Part shown: in pieces, positions 11,215 through 21,575 of the stretch
How the letters are laid out: the number at the start of each line of letters is the position of its first letter
How positions within the stretch are numbered: the first letter of the stretch is position 1
The notes under the pieces: generated by a model
The model's database searches: none
Told to the model about the DNA's origin: nothing
The model's input: the letters and a program-made list of their open reading frames with translations, nothing else
Position numbers and translations under genes: made by a program
Assembly: GCA_965224705.1 (NCBI GenBank)
Contig: OZ245056.1
Location: 416,001 to 480,000, forward strand
Length of the DNA: 64,000 bases
Source: Spirochaetaceae bacterium
GTDB lineage: Bacteria > Spirochaetota > Spirochaetia > DSM-2461
Direction: 5' to 3'

Positions 11215-12183
11215 ATGAAATATCATACACTGGGCCGTACTGGAGTGAAGGTTTCCAGCCTGTGCTTTGGCACGATGTCTTTTGGGGATACCGCTGATGA
11301 GGAGGAATCGGCCCGGATGTTCAAGCGCTGCCGTGATACAGGCATCAATTTCTTCGACTGTGCCAATGTCTACGCTGAAGGCCGCTCGGAAGAAATTCTG
11401 GGCAGACTCATGAAGGATTCTCGTGACGAATTGGTTATCACGTCGAAAGTTTCCTCCGTAGTGGGAAATGGTCTTAATGACCGGGGGATGTCACGCCGTC
11501 ACATTCAAATGCAGATCGAAAGGAGTTTGAAACGCCTTAAAACTGACCGCATAGATGTCTATTTCCTTCATCACTTTCACGACGATACAGCTATTGAATC
11601 GGCACTGAGGACTCTGGATGATCTGGTGAGTCAGGGAAAAATCCTGTACCCTGCGGTGAGTAACTGGGCTGCCTGGCAAATAGCCAGAGCATTGGGGATT
11701 TCCGCTCATGAGGGACTGGCACGGTTTGAATGCATTCAACCTATGTACAATCTTGTCAAACGGCAGGCCGAAGTTGAAATTCTGCCCCTGGCAAAATCCG
11801 AGCAGGTCGGTGTGATTACATACAGCCCTCTGGGTGGTGGATTGTTGACTGGTAAGTATTCTGCTACTCAAAAACCAGATCAGGGCCGACTCGTTGACAA
11901 CAGTATGTACACAAAACGCTATGGAACACTGTCATACTTTGAGATTGCTGAAAGATTCACTGAGTACGCAAAGTTAAAAGGGTATCCTCCAGCAACTCTG
12001 GCGGTGGCATGGGTAATGGCTCACCCATCCGTCACGGCACCGATTATCGGGGCACGAAATCTCGAACAACTGAAATCTTCCCTTGCGGCCATTGAGGTTG
12101 AGATGACCGATGAATGGCGTTCCGAGATCTCTTCTCTGTCCAGTGCTCCCCCCCCTGCCCATGACCGGCTTGAAGAAGCATAG
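11215..12183 (+). CDS. Aldo/keto reductase
   Basis: LGRTGVKVSSLCFGTM, FFDCANVY, SLKRLKTDRIDVYFLH, YSPLGGGLLTGKY, PIIGAR; GGAGGA RBS. Confidence 0.93.
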   Translation: MKYHTLGRTGVKVSSLCFGTMSFGDTADEEESARMFKRCRDTGINFFDCANVYAEGRSEEILGRLMKDSRDELVITSKVSSVVGNGLNDRGMSRRHIQMQIERSLKRLKTDRIDVYFLHHFHDDTAIESALRTLDDLVSQGKILYPAVSNWAAWQIARALGISAHEGLARFECIQPMYNLVKRQAEVEILPLAKSEQVGVITYSPLGGGLLTGKYSATQKPDQGRLVDNSMYTKRYGTLSYFEIAERFTEYAKLKGYPPATLAVAWVMAHPSVTAPIIGARNLEQLKSSLAAIEVEMTDEWRSEISSLSSAPPPAHDRLEEA

Positions 12184-12239
12184 GAGTCTGTCGGACTTAC
12201 GCCTCACGGCTCGAATCAGTCTTAAAGTCCGACAGACTC
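12184..12239. mobile_element. 56-bp miniature inverted-repeat element (MITE/REP-like)
   Basis: Perfect 15-bp terminal inverted repeats GAGTCTGTCGGACTT/AAGTCCGACAGACTC flanked by direct repeat ATAG (12180-12183, 12240-12243). Confidence 0.7.
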
Positions 12240-12384
12240 ATAGGAGCCTGGGAAAACCTTCTGTTTCCCGTATGTGATGGGTTACCATAAGGATGATTCC
12301 CCCCTGTAAACACCTGCTTTTGTTTCCATCTCTTCAATGTCAAGTCTTGACTTATACGGCCTGCCCGAAGGAAACTGGCGAAGC

Positions 12385-13305
12385 GTGAAATATCTTATAA
12401 CTCTGGCAGTCTATGTCCTGGTATCCGGCACACTTGGTGCAACCCTGGCCCTTTCATTCACACTCTGGGGATGCCGCCGGGAGCAGAAATTTATGAAAAC
12501 CTTTCTGTTCATCAGTTATTTGACATTACTGTATCTCCTTTCAGGGATGAGATTTGCCCTAACAATCTTTGCCGGATGGGACAGAGGAGTTTTAACGTTT
12601 GATATTCTGGAAAGAGTGTTTCTTGCTTCCCTGATTTTCTTCTTACCGGCAACAATGAATTTCCTTCTGGGTCGAAAATGGACAGTCTTTCGTGTCACCC
12701 GAATTATAATTTCCGCCGTCATTTATCTTAGTTCCGGCATAGTCAGTCTTTTTACTCAATCCTCGCCTCTGCCCGGTATGCTGGCCGTTTTATCATTTCT
12801 TCTCATCATTTTTTTCGTCATGGCTGATGCCGCCAGTGTTTTACCTTTGATTCGGGATGAGGTTACGCGTATAGCGCTAACACTTCTTTACAGCATAACC
12901 TTTCTCTATCTGCCTCTTGCCCAGGTTATTCATCTTATATTGACTGGTTATGAACTTGTTCTGTTCCTTTCCCTGGTGTTTTACTACTTCATACTGGGCA
13001 TCTGTTCCATTGTTTACTTTCATCGCCTGCTGATATCCGCAACGGCGGATGATGATCGTCTTGCTTTTCGTGAGATCTGTGCCAGTGTCGGCCTTACCAG
13101 AAGGGAGGCCGAAATTGCCGAATTGATTTCCACCGGATTTTCCTACAAGGAAATCGCCTCCCTCCTTGACATTTCTCCGAACACTGTGAGCAATCACATT
13201 GGAACTATATACCGAAAGACGGGGACACGTTCAAAAGTTGATATGGTCAATACCCTGCGGGATTATTCTCATAACTCTGCCCGGGAAGCTACAGAACCCG
13301 GTTAG
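12385..13305 (+). CDS. Membrane-bound LuxR-family HTH regulator
   Basis: About 7 hydrophobic segments then GLTRREAEIAELISTGFSYKEIA...ISPNTVSNHIGTIYRK; start may be 12337 or GTG 12385. Confidence 0.85.
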   Translation: MKYLITLAVYVLVSGTLGATLALSFTLWGCRREQKFMKTFLFISYLTLLYLLSGMRFALTIFAGWDRGVLTFDILERVFLASLIFFLPATMNFLLGRKWTVFRVTRIIISAVIYLSSGIVSLFTQSSPLPGMLAVLSFLLIIFFVMADAASVLPLIRDEVTRIALTLLYSITFLYLPLAQVIHLILTGYELVLFLSLVFYYFILGICSIVYFHRLLISATADDDRLAFREICASVGLTRREAEIAELISTGFSYKEIASLLDISPNTVSNHIGTIYRKTGTRSKVDMVNTLRDYSHNSAREATEPG

Positions 13306-14629
13306 CTTTAATTGTGTCGGCATAGAAACGGCCGCTGGCCTTGATACTTCGTTCCTGAGTTCTATAATTAACCCTCACCAGCCCGAATCGCTTTGAGTTG
13401 CCGCTGGCCCATTCAAAGTTATCCATCAACGACCATGCAAAGTATCCCCTGAGATGGACTCCGTCACTGATGGCCCTGGAAGCCATTTCAAGATGCGTCC
13501 GGTAGTATTCCAGGCGGTCTATATCCCATATGGACCCATCTCTCTCCACCTTATCCCGGGCTGCCTGCCCATTTTCAGTGATGTAGACTGGTTTGTCCGG
13601 AAAGTATGACTGTGAGAAACGAAGAGTCCAATACAGTCCCCGAGGTGAAATGTCCCATCCCATATCGGTACGAGGATAGCCTTCAGGGTATGATAACAGC
13701 CGATAACCACTGTCACCGATATCGGAAACGACAGGAAATGAAAAGTAATAATTATAAGCAACCATATCCACGGGACTGGATATAATCTCCATATCCCCAT
13801 CCTGAATATCAGGAAGCTCACCATATTCATTAACATAGGCAATCTCATCGTATCGACCGGTGAGATGAGGAAACAGACGTTGAGAGTTCACATCCTTGAA
13901 TGCCTTTCTGGCAGCATCAATATGAGCCGGTTCCTCATATAACGGCCACACGGCCTTCAAATTCTCCACCAGGCCAATACGGGCATCGGAAACAGTTTCC
14001 CTGAGAGTGCCTGTCCCCCGTCCGTGTCCCAGCAGGGCATGGTGAATAGTCTGGTTCACTTCTTTGACGGGCAGTTTACCGCCGGGAGCAAAAATGTCAT
14101 CACCATGGGCAAGCTGGGTGAAACATGCAATTTCATTGATCGTAAACCAGTTTTTTACTCTGTCGCCGAATTTTTTTCCGCACAGCTCCGCATAGTCGGC
14201 AAATCGTTCAATAGTTTCCCTGCTTCTCCACCCTCCGAAACGCTGCTGCAGAGAATAGGGTAAATCCCAGTGAAAGAGTGTAATCCATGGCTCAATTCCC
14301 CTGTCCAGCAGACTGTCGATGAGTCGGTTGTAAAAATCGATACCTTTTTCATTGAGTTTTCCATCGCCCTCCGGAAGTATGCGGGACCAGGCCAGGGAAA
14401 AGCGGTAAGCCGTGAGATTGAGTTCATTCATCAGAGAGATATCTTCCTGCCAGCGATGATAATGATCACAGGCAATTTCTCCCGAATCTCCATTGTCAAT
14501 GCGTCCTGTCTCATCACAGAAAACATCCCAGGTACTTAAACCGCGGCCATCTTCGTGAACGGCTCCTTCAATCTGGTAGGCTGCCGTTGCAGCCCCCCAT
14601 GTAAAATTGTCGGGAAAGGTAAAATTCAT
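13289..14629 (-). CDS. GH1 beta-glucosidase
   Basis: FTWGAATAAYQIEGA, acid/base TINE, nucleophile YITENG, WSLMDNFEW. Confidence 0.95.
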   Translation of the reverse strand: MNFTFPDNFTWGAATAAYQIEGAVHEDGRGLSTWDVFCDETGRIDNGDSGEIACDHYHRWQEDISLMNELNLTAYRFSLAWSRILPEGDGKLNEKGIDFYNRLIDSLLDRGIEPWITLFHWDLPYSLQQRFGGWRSRETIERFADYAELCGKKFGDRVKNWFTINEIACFTQLAHGDDIFAPGGKLPVKEVNQTIHHALLGHGRGTGTLRETVSDARIGLVENLKAVWPLYEEPAHIDAARKAFKDVNSQRLFPHLTGRYDEIAYVNEYGELPDIQDGDMEIISSPVDMVAYNYYFSFPVVSDIGDSGYRLLSYPEGYPRTDMGWDISPRGLYWTLRFSQSYFPDKPVYITENGQAARDKVERDGSIWDIDRLEYYRTHLEMASRAISDGVHLRGYFAWSLMDNFEWASGNSKRFGLVRVNYRTQERSIKASGRFYADTIKANRVL

Positions 14630-14748
14630 AGCAGACTCCAGGAATTTAGAAATTAAAAACTAAGACCCTCTCATAGTATCATGAGAATGGCTGAAACGCA
14701 ATCCTTTTGCAGTTTTCCGGCTTCTCCCATCCATTCAGGGAGTACAAA

Positions 14749-15627
14749 TCAATACCCTGAGCTCATCCTCTTAAGAAAGGACTCTTTTTTACGCCATTTT
14801 GGATGAACCTTTACTCTGAGATCAAGATGGATCTTCCAGGAAAAGATCTTTTTCATTTCCCTCTGGGCTGCAATACGGATCTCCCTGATTCTTTCACCAT
14901 TGTGCCCAACAAGAATTCCTGCTTGAGTGGGTTTGTCTACAATAAGGAATGCCCGAACCCAGAGGGATTTGTTATCAGCAAACTCCAGATCGGCAATTTC
15001 AACATAGAGAGCATGGGGAAGTTCCTGTCGGCATCGGGCAATGGCCTGTTCCCGAATCAACTCAGAAATTCGAAATTCTGTATTCTGATCGGTGTAAACA
15101 TCCTTCGGGTAATGGATTTCCCCATCCGGGCACGCCTCCACGATCGCCTCAGTGAGTTCTTTGAGATTCATGCCTTTCAATGCAGAGACATTGATTATTG
15201 CTGCCGGTTTGAGATGGGCGATAACAAAGCCTCGAAGTTCAGGGATGCGGGGTGGGGAAGCATCAATTTTATTGATGGCCACAATGACAGGATTGCGATT
15301 GTTCTCAAGCAGTTTCATGAGAATTTCTTCCTCCTGACCAAAAGCTCTGGACGCATCAATGACATAGAGGACAAGATCTGAATCCTTCAGGGATTTGTGA
15401 ACAATATCTTGAAGAAATAGATTGAATTTTCTATCTGACTGGTGGTAACCGGGTGTATCCAGAAATATCACCTGGCCCTCAGGATGGTTTATAATCCCCC
15501 GGATGGAGTTTCTTGTGGTTTGAGGAACCGGAGATGTGATGGCTACTTTTTCGCCGCATAGGGCATTTAACAACGTGGACTTCCCTGCTGAAGGACGGCC
15601 GATAATAGTCACAAATCCGCATTTCAT
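14749..15627 (-). CDS. era: GTPase Era
   Basis: GRPSAGKSTL, PQTTR, DTPG, NKID, C-terminal KH domain. Confidence 0.96.
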   Translation of the reverse strand: MKCGFVTIIGRPSAGKSTLLNALCGEKVAITSPVPQTTRNSIRGIINHPEGQVIFLDTPGYHQSDRKFNLFLQDIVHKSLKDSDLVLYVIDASRAFGQEEEILMKLLENNRNPVIVAINKIDASPPRIPELRGFVIAHLKPAAIINVSALKGMNLKELTEAIVEACPDGEIHYPKDVYTDQNTEFRISELIREQAIARCRQELPHALYVEIADLEFADNKSLWVRAFLIVDKPTQAGILVGHNGERIREIRIAAQREMKKIFSWKIHLDLRVKVHPKWRKKESFLKRMSSGY

Positions 15628-15728
15628 ACTGTTTTAATTCCAACTGAACCTTGTCTCGAACCTTGTTGCCTACTATATTACCTTAAACTATATTGTTTAA
15701 TAACTGCCAAATTTGAGGTATTAGTGTA

Positions 15729-16319
15729 ATGAGACTTGACAGCGATGAGAAAACTGAAAAAATGAACAAAGATGGTTCTGATGGATTGCAGGTAAAACTC
15801 CTTAAAACCCGAACCATACTTCTTTCCGGTGAGATCAACAAAGATCTGGCTGAAAAAACTGTAAAGCAGATGCTTTTAATGGAAGCCGAGAATGATGACC
15901 CAATCAAAGTATTCATTGATTCTCCTGGAGGGGATGCCGATGCCGGTTATGCCATCTTTGATATGATTCGGTTTATCAAACCAATGGTTATCACCATCGG
16001 CATGGGAACTGTGGCAAGTGCAGCCGCCCTGGTCCATCTGGCAGCGAATAAGGAAAACAGACTGAGCCTCCCCAACGCTCATTTCTTAATTCATCAACCT
16101 CTTTCCGGGATTCGAGGTGTTGCAACAGAAATCGAGATCCATGCCCGGGAATTGGAAAAACTTCAGGAGAAGATAAACAAACTTATTGCAGAGGAAACTG
16201 GACAGAAGCTGAGTAAGGTCGTTAAGGATACCGACAGGGATTACTGGTTAAGTGCTGAAGAAGCTCTGGATTATGGCTTAATATCCCGGATAATAACTCG
16301 TCGGGGAGATCTTGAGTAG
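15729..16319 (+). CDS. clpP: Second ClpP proteolytic subunit
   Basis: FIDSPGGD, VASAA, IHQP, DRDYW. Confidence 0.92.
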   Translation: MRLDSDEKTEKMNKDGSDGLQVKLLKTRTILLSGEINKDLAEKTVKQMLLMEAENDDPIKVFIDSPGGDADAGYAIFDMIRFIKPMVITIGMGTVASAAALVHLAANKENRLSLPNAHFLIHQPLSGIRGVATEIEIHARELEKLQEKINKLIAEETGQKLSKVVKDTDRDYWLSAEEALDYGLISRIITRRGDLE

Positions 16320-16340
16320 TTCTTCTAGAATTAAATACCC

Positions 16341-17318
16341 ATGAATGTCACTGACAATACGATGATCAAGAATTCAGGTGATCTCATCAACAAGGTCCAT
16401 CAGGAACTTGGGCGACGGGTTGTTGGCCAGCAGGAGCTTATTGATGGATTGCTCACAGGAATAATTTCCGGTGGTCATGTTCTGGTGGAAGGAGTTCCGG
16501 GTCTTGCGAAAACACTGGCAGTGAAGGCATTGGCCGATGTGTCAACAGCGACATTCAAACGCATACAGTTTACTCCAGATCTCCTGCCCGCTGATCTTAC
16601 CGGCACGATGATCTACAGATCGCAAACCGGGGATTTCATTCCCCGCAAAGGCCCCATTTTTGCAAATATCATACTGGCGGATGAAATCAATCGTGCACCG
16701 GCAAAAGTTCAATCGGCACTTCTAGAGGCCATGGCCGAAAAACAGGTAACCATAGGAGATCAGACCTATGCACTTCCGGAACTGTTCTTCATCATGGCTA
16801 CCCAGAATCCCATTGAACAGGAAGGAACTTACAATCTTCCTGAAGCACAGCTGGACCGATTTCTCTTAAAGGTAAATGTCAGTTATCCAAGCCCTGCCGA
16901 AGAACTCACTATTCTTGAGCGTATGGTTGACAAACCGGAGATCCCGGTATCTCATGTACTGGATAAAGACCGAATTCAGCAGCTTCGAGCCGCCGCTGAG
17001 CAGGTGAGAGCGGAAGAAAAAATCTGTCAGTACATTGTTTCTCTCACTGCGGCCAGCAGGGAGAAGGACAGACGGCAGCTTCAGTTTACCCGGTATATTG
17101 AATATGGAGCCTCTCCCCGTGCCACTCTTGCCATCTATCAATGTGCAAGAATTCAGGCACTCTATGAAGGGCGGGGTTACGTCCTCCCTGAAGATGTTAA
17201 GAAGGTCGCTCCCATGGTTCTCAGGCACCGTATTGTCCTCTCCTATGAGGCCGAAGCCGAGCAATTGGATGCTGATGATGTTATTCGCCAACTTCTCGCA
17301 TCGGTTTCAGTCCCGTGA
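16341..17318 (+). CDS. moxR: MoxR-family AAA+ ATPase
   Basis: GVPGLAKT, RIQFTPDLLPADL, DEINRAPAKVQSALLEAM, ATQNPIEQEGTY, GASPR. Confidence 0.95.
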   Translation: MNVTDNTMIKNSGDLINKVHQELGRRVVGQQELIDGLLTGIISGGHVLVEGVPGLAKTLAVKALADVSTATFKRIQFTPDLLPADLTGTMIYRSQTGDFIPRKGPIFANIILADEINRAPAKVQSALLEAMAEKQVTIGDQTYALPELFFIMATQNPIEQEGTYNLPEAQLDRFLLKVNVSYPSPAEELTILERMVDKPEIPVSHVLDKDRIQQLRAAAEQVRAEEKICQYIVSLTAASREKDRRQLQFTRYIEYGASPRATLAIYQCARIQALYEGRGYVLPEDVKKVAPMVLRHRIVLSYEAEAEQLDADDVIRQLLASVSVP

Positions 17319-18187
17319 GCAGGGATGATCTTTCAAATCGGGTCCGACGGCTTCATGTCCGGTCACGTAATCTTGTTGACAGCTTTTTCGCCGGGAATTA
17401 TCACTCAGTTTTTAAAGGGCCCGGTCTTGAATTCGACAGGGTAAGAGAATACGAATACGGCGATGATACTCGTTTTATCGATTGGAATGTTTCTTCCCGA
17501 ATGACAGATCCCTATACAAAAGTTTTTAAGGAAGAACGGGAACTCATTCTTTTTATGGTGGTGGATGTCTCGGCATCTCTTACTCAGGGCAGTTGTCAAA
17601 TCGATAAACGCAGTGTTGCCGGAACCCTGTTTGCCCTGCTGTCTCTGGCAGCGGTAGCCAACAACGATAAAGTGGGCAGCCTGCTGTTTACAGACGATGT
17701 GGAACGTCTGGTTGTCCCGGCCAAAGGTCGACGACATGCTCTATGGCAGATCAGCGAGGTATTGGGCTATGAGGCTGAAGGACGTGGATCCAACATGGGA
17801 AAGGCTCTGAGAACCGCAGTGCAGACATTGAAGCGGAAGAGCATCATTGTCATTATTTCTGATTTCCGGACGACCAGTTATACAAGGGAACTCAATCTTT
17901 CAGCTCATAAGCATGATGTTATTGCAATGCGTATAACGGACTCCCTGGATAGTGAATATCCAGCGCTGGGATTGGCGGAGATCAAGGATCCGGAAACGGG
18001 TGAGAGCATGACGGGCTGGAGTCGTTTGTCCTCATTAAAGAGGAAGTATAAGGAATTCTGGGATGAACACAAACAGGTCTGGTTGAAAGAATGCCGATCT
18101 GCTGGAGTTGATACCCTGGATGTGGGGACAGGGGATGATCCTGCAGAAAGATTACAGACTTTTTTCCGCCGGAGGCGTGGCGTGTGA
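17315..18187 (+). CDS. DUF58 domain protein
   Basis: FKGPGLEFDRVREYEYGDDTRFIDWNVS, DVSAS; follows moxR. Confidence 0.92.
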   Translation: MSRDDLSNRVRRLHVRSRNLVDSFFAGNYHSVFKGPGLEFDRVREYEYGDDTRFIDWNVSSRMTDPYTKVFKEERELILFMVVDVSASLTQGSCQIDKRSVAGTLFALLSLAAVANNDKVGSLLFTDDVERLVVPAKGRRHALWQISEVLGYEAEGRGSNMGKALRTAVQTLKRKSIIVIISDFRTTSYTRELNLSAHKHDVIAMRITDSLDSEYPALGLAEIKDPETGESMTGWSRLSSLKRKYKEFWDEHKQVWLKECRSAGVDTLDVGTGDDPAERLQTFFRRRRGV

Positions 18188-19044
18188 GAGGCTTGTTCCT
18201 CCTGTCTGTATTTTTTCTAACCCTGTCTTCTTTCGGTTCTCAAGCTGTCATCATTGATACACAGTTCAATCCGCCAACCTTCCATGTTGGAGATCTTGTA
18301 GAGCTTCTTATAGAATTCAGAGTCGAATCTGATGTAAGTATTCAGATTCCAGAGGTATTGCTGGAAGCCGAATGGATTGATATCAGGGATGTACGGCTTG
18401 ATAAAGGCGAAGATACGTATTCCATTCATATAGACTTCACTCCTTTTGCGACAGGTATCCGAACCCTGCCCCCCCTTGATCTGGGAGCGATTCGTCTTGC
18501 AAACATAAAAATATCAACGAGTTCAATGCTCCCGTCCGCTCACGAGAATGCAAGACTTCTGCGAGGACAGATTCTGATACCCGGTACACGTCTGGGACTG
18601 GTTATCATCCTGACCTTGATTGCCATGTCGCCATTTCTAATTCGCTGGATTTACAAAATCATCTCCAGGCTGTTCAGAAGTATTGGCCGATTGTTTCTCA
18701 TTGGAAGGCCCTTCCGCAGATTACTGCGCTTACTTAAAAAACTTGGATCGGACATCGAAAGTTCATCCGAATCCGACTGGTATTCAACGCTTACAAAAGG
18801 TTTGAGGGATTATCTATCCGAAAGGATTGAGTATAACTGCAAAAGCGCTACAACTTCGGCGATTTCGGCACGAATAGATTCTGTCAGTACGGACAGTCCT
18901 CAGGGTAGAATTCTCCAAGTCCTTAAGGATGGTGATATGGTGAAATTTGCAGGCCAGAATACCGATGCTTCCCAACGTGAACAGACTCTTACCACTGTGA
19001 AATCAGCAGTGATTGATTGGGAGAAGGCCATTGTTCAGCATTAA
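18184..19044 (+). CDS. Bat-operon membrane protein (unknown function)
   Basis: Signal peptide, one TM, position between DUF58 and batA; C-terminal DMVKFA motif. Confidence 0.6.
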   Translation: MRGLFLLSVFFLTLSSFGSQAVIIDTQFNPPTFHVGDLVELLIEFRVESDVSIQIPEVLLEAEWIDIRDVRLDKGEDTYSIHIDFTPFATGIRTLPPLDLGAIRLANIKISTSSMLPSAHENARLLRGQILIPGTRLGLVIILTLIAMSPFLIRWIYKIISRLFRSIGRLFLIGRPFRRLLRLLKKLGSDIESSSESDWYSTLTKGLRDYLSERIEYNCKSATTSAISARIDSVSTDSPQGRILQVLKDGDMVKFAGQNTDASQREQTLTTVKSAVIDWEKAIVQH

Positions 19045-20032
19045 TGAACCCGGCTGGCTGGCACTCTTTCTTGTGTTTCCTGTATTGCTCTGGGCAAGGT
19101 ATTTCTGGCGTCAGAGGGGTGGCCGTTTTGTATTTCCATTCCGTGTATGGAATGGAGATGGATTTCGATTTCCCGGATCATGGCTGGATCCGGTCAATGC
19201 TTTTCTAAATGGACTGAGCTGGCTGGGAGTTTCCCTGTTGATTATAGCTCTGGCCGGTCCTGCTCTTATTGAAAGGGAGAAAATCCAGCTTTCCCGCGGC
19301 ATGGATATCATTGTTGTCCTGGATCAATCACTCAGCATGGGTGTTCAGGATTATCCTCCCGTGAACAGATTTGACATGGCAAGAGAAATGATCCATCGAT
19401 TTGTTCTGGGGCGTAAAGGTGATTCCCTTGGACTGGTGAGTTTCGGTTCCCAGGCAATCCTCCATTGCCCCCCTACAACCGATTATGCCTGGTTCCTCCA
19501 GCGTCTGGATGAACTGCAGATACGGGGACTTGGAGATGACACAGCATCAGGTATGGGCCTGAGTATTGCTGCCTTGCATCTGTCCGATTCTACAGCCAGA
19601 GAAAAGGTTATTTTACTTCTGACCGATGGGGATGACAATGCGGGTGAAATTCGGTTTGAAACAGCAGCAAAGCTGGCTGCCAGCCGTGGTATCAGAGTGT
19701 ATTTCATTGGTATAGGCAAACAGGGCGAATTTCCTGTCAAGCTGGTTGATCCTGAAACCGGCAAAATCACAATGGGAACAGTGGTTACTCGTTTCGATGA
19801 GGAGAGAATGAAGTCACTGGTTGAATCCATTGGTGGTGAATACTGGAATACCACAAGTCCCGGTTCATTGGAATCTGTCATTCAAACCGTTGATTCACTG
19901 GAAACTGTTGAACGTCAGGTAAGTGTTCGGGTAAACAGTCTGCCCATTCATCGAGCCTTTATCCTGACTGGAACAATTGCCATTGTACTGGCGTACTTCA
20001 TTCGCAAATCTCTTATGGGGGGAATTCCATGA
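19031..20032 (+). CDS. batA: VWA domain protein BatA
   Basis: MIDAS DQSLSM, LLTDG; N- and C-terminal TM; TTG start after GGAG. Confidence 0.85.
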   Translation: MFSINEPGWLALFLVFPVLLWARYFWRQRGGRFVFPFRVWNGDGFRFPGSWLDPVNAFLNGLSWLGVSLLIIALAGPALIEREKIQLSRGMDIIVVLDQSLSMGVQDYPPVNRFDMAREMIHRFVLGRKGDSLGLVSFGSQAILHCPPTTDYAWFLQRLDELQIRGLGDDTASGMGLSIAALHLSDSTAREKVILLLTDGDDNAGEIRFETAAKLAASRGIRVYFIGIGKQGEFPVKLVDPETGKITMGTVVTRFDEERMKSLVESIGGEYWNTTSPGSLESVIQTVDSLETVERQVSVRVNSLPIHRAFILTGTIAIVLAYFIRKSLMGGIP

Positions 20033-20997
20033 TATGGGTTCACCCCGAAAGTCTGCTGGGATTACTTGTTTCTGCCATTGTTATCATTGTGACAATACTG
20101 AGTAGACGTCAAACGCGGAGAAATCTGATCGCCATCAGTAAAAACAGTGTTGAATGGCAGGTAAGAATGTTTCTCAAGGATATCAGTATGGCAATGTTTA
20201 TGATCCTGGCCGTACTTGCCATGCTCGAACCCCGAAGCGGCAATAAACCCATAAGCGGAGAACGTACAGGTCTGGATATTGCTGTAGCTTTCGATGTTTC
20301 CCGCAGCATGCTGACCGAAGATCTCAGTCTGAACCGTCTGGAAATGGGAGTTGCCGCATTAGGTCAGATTACCAGAAAACTGGGAAATGCCCGATTCTCC
20401 CTCATTCCATTTAAAGGAGATGCGGTTGTTCAGGTTCCTATGACCGAAGATCGGGTGATGTTGAATCTATGGATGGATCGCCTGGGTCCGGGACTGTTCT
20501 CATCGACTGGAACCAGTCTTGAAGCTGCCCTGAATGCGGCTTATGAATCTTTTCCCGATGGAACAGTCCGAAGCAGAATCATTATTCTCATTACAGATGG
20601 TGAATCACTGACAGGCAGTATTGATAAACCAGTAAAGCATCTCATTCGGGAAGGGATCATTGTTCATGTCATTATTTCCGGGACAGTGGATGGTGGTCCT
20701 GTTCCTGTCGGCAATGGACATTTTGTTACAGATGGGCATGGCCGTATGGTTGTGAGTAGGGCCGACTTCAGGGCCGCAGAACGATTAGCAGAGAATACGG
20801 GTGGAACTGTTCAGGATTTAAGCAGGATTGGCGCAACAGCGAATCTTATAGATATCATTGAAAAGAATCAAAAAACAGCTGAATCACAGAAAATAAGCTT
20901 TACAGGTGTCTACGCTTATAGACTGTTTCTTATTCCGGCTGTAGTTATGATGCTGCTGTATCTTCTGGCAAGGATATTCCCGTGGCGAAAGAAATAA
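20029..20997 (+). CDS. batB: VWA domain protein BatB
   Basis: DVSRSM, LITDGE; follows batA. Confidence 0.8.
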   Translation: MIWVHPESLLGLLVSAIVIIVTILSRRQTRRNLIAISKNSVEWQVRMFLKDISMAMFMILAVLAMLEPRSGNKPISGERTGLDIAVAFDVSRSMLTEDLSLNRLEMGVAALGQITRKLGNARFSLIPFKGDAVVQVPMTEDRVMLNLWMDRLGPGLFSSTGTSLEAALNAAYESFPDGTVRSRIIILITDGESLTGSIDKPVKHLIREGIIVHVIISGTVDGGPVPVGNGHFVTDGHGRMVVSRADFRAAERLAENTGGTVQDLSRIGATANLIDIIEKNQKTAESQKISFTGVYAYRLFLIPAVVMMLLYLLARIFPWRKK

Positions 20998-21575
20998 GAA
21001 TTCTGACTGCCAGCATTACCATGCTGATGATTTCAAGTTTACAATCCTGCAATATCATGAAACCGGCAATGGAAGTTTTATCGGGAAATCTCTCCTATGA
21101 GAGGGGACAATATCAGAAAGCAATACTTCACTACCTATCCGCGGAGAAACAAACAGACATCAGCAAAGATGTTGTTCAGTATAATCTTGGAAATGTTTTT
21201 TACACGCTGGGCGAAGGAGATGAGGCTCTTGAGGTTTGGTCCATGGCAGAAGAATCCACAGGAGATGTGAATATACTCTTTCGAATCGCATTTAACAGAG
21301 GCATCGTTTACATGAACAAGGGTTCATACGAAGAAGCATATCGATCTTTCAGACAGGCACTCATTCTCCAGCCATCGGATATTGATTCAAAAATAAACCT
21401 TGAAGATGCACTTTCAAGAATTCGTTCTGAGGTTTCCCAGAGCCCCTCTACCGAGGATATCCCCAGAAGTGGTGATGAAGCTGATAACAACCTTCTTCTT
21501 GATTATATTAGACGAAAGGAGGCTGAAGGGTGGACTTCTCAGAAAACCGTGGAATCAAACGAACGAGACTGGTAG
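20982..21575 (+). CDS. TPR protein, BatC-like (possible lipoprotein)
   Basis: YNLGNVFY, FNRG, KINLE TPR motifs; ends RDW; LQSC lipobox-like. Confidence 0.75.
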   Translation: MAKEIRILTASITMLMISSLQSCNIMKPAMEVLSGNLSYERGQYQKAILHYLSAEKQTDISKDVVQYNLGNVFYTLGEGDEALEVWSMAEESTGDVNILFRIAFNRGIVYMNKGSYEEAYRSFRQALILQPSDIDSKINLEDALSRIRSEVSQSPSTEDIPRSGDEADNNLLLDYIRRKEAEGWTSQKTVESNERDW

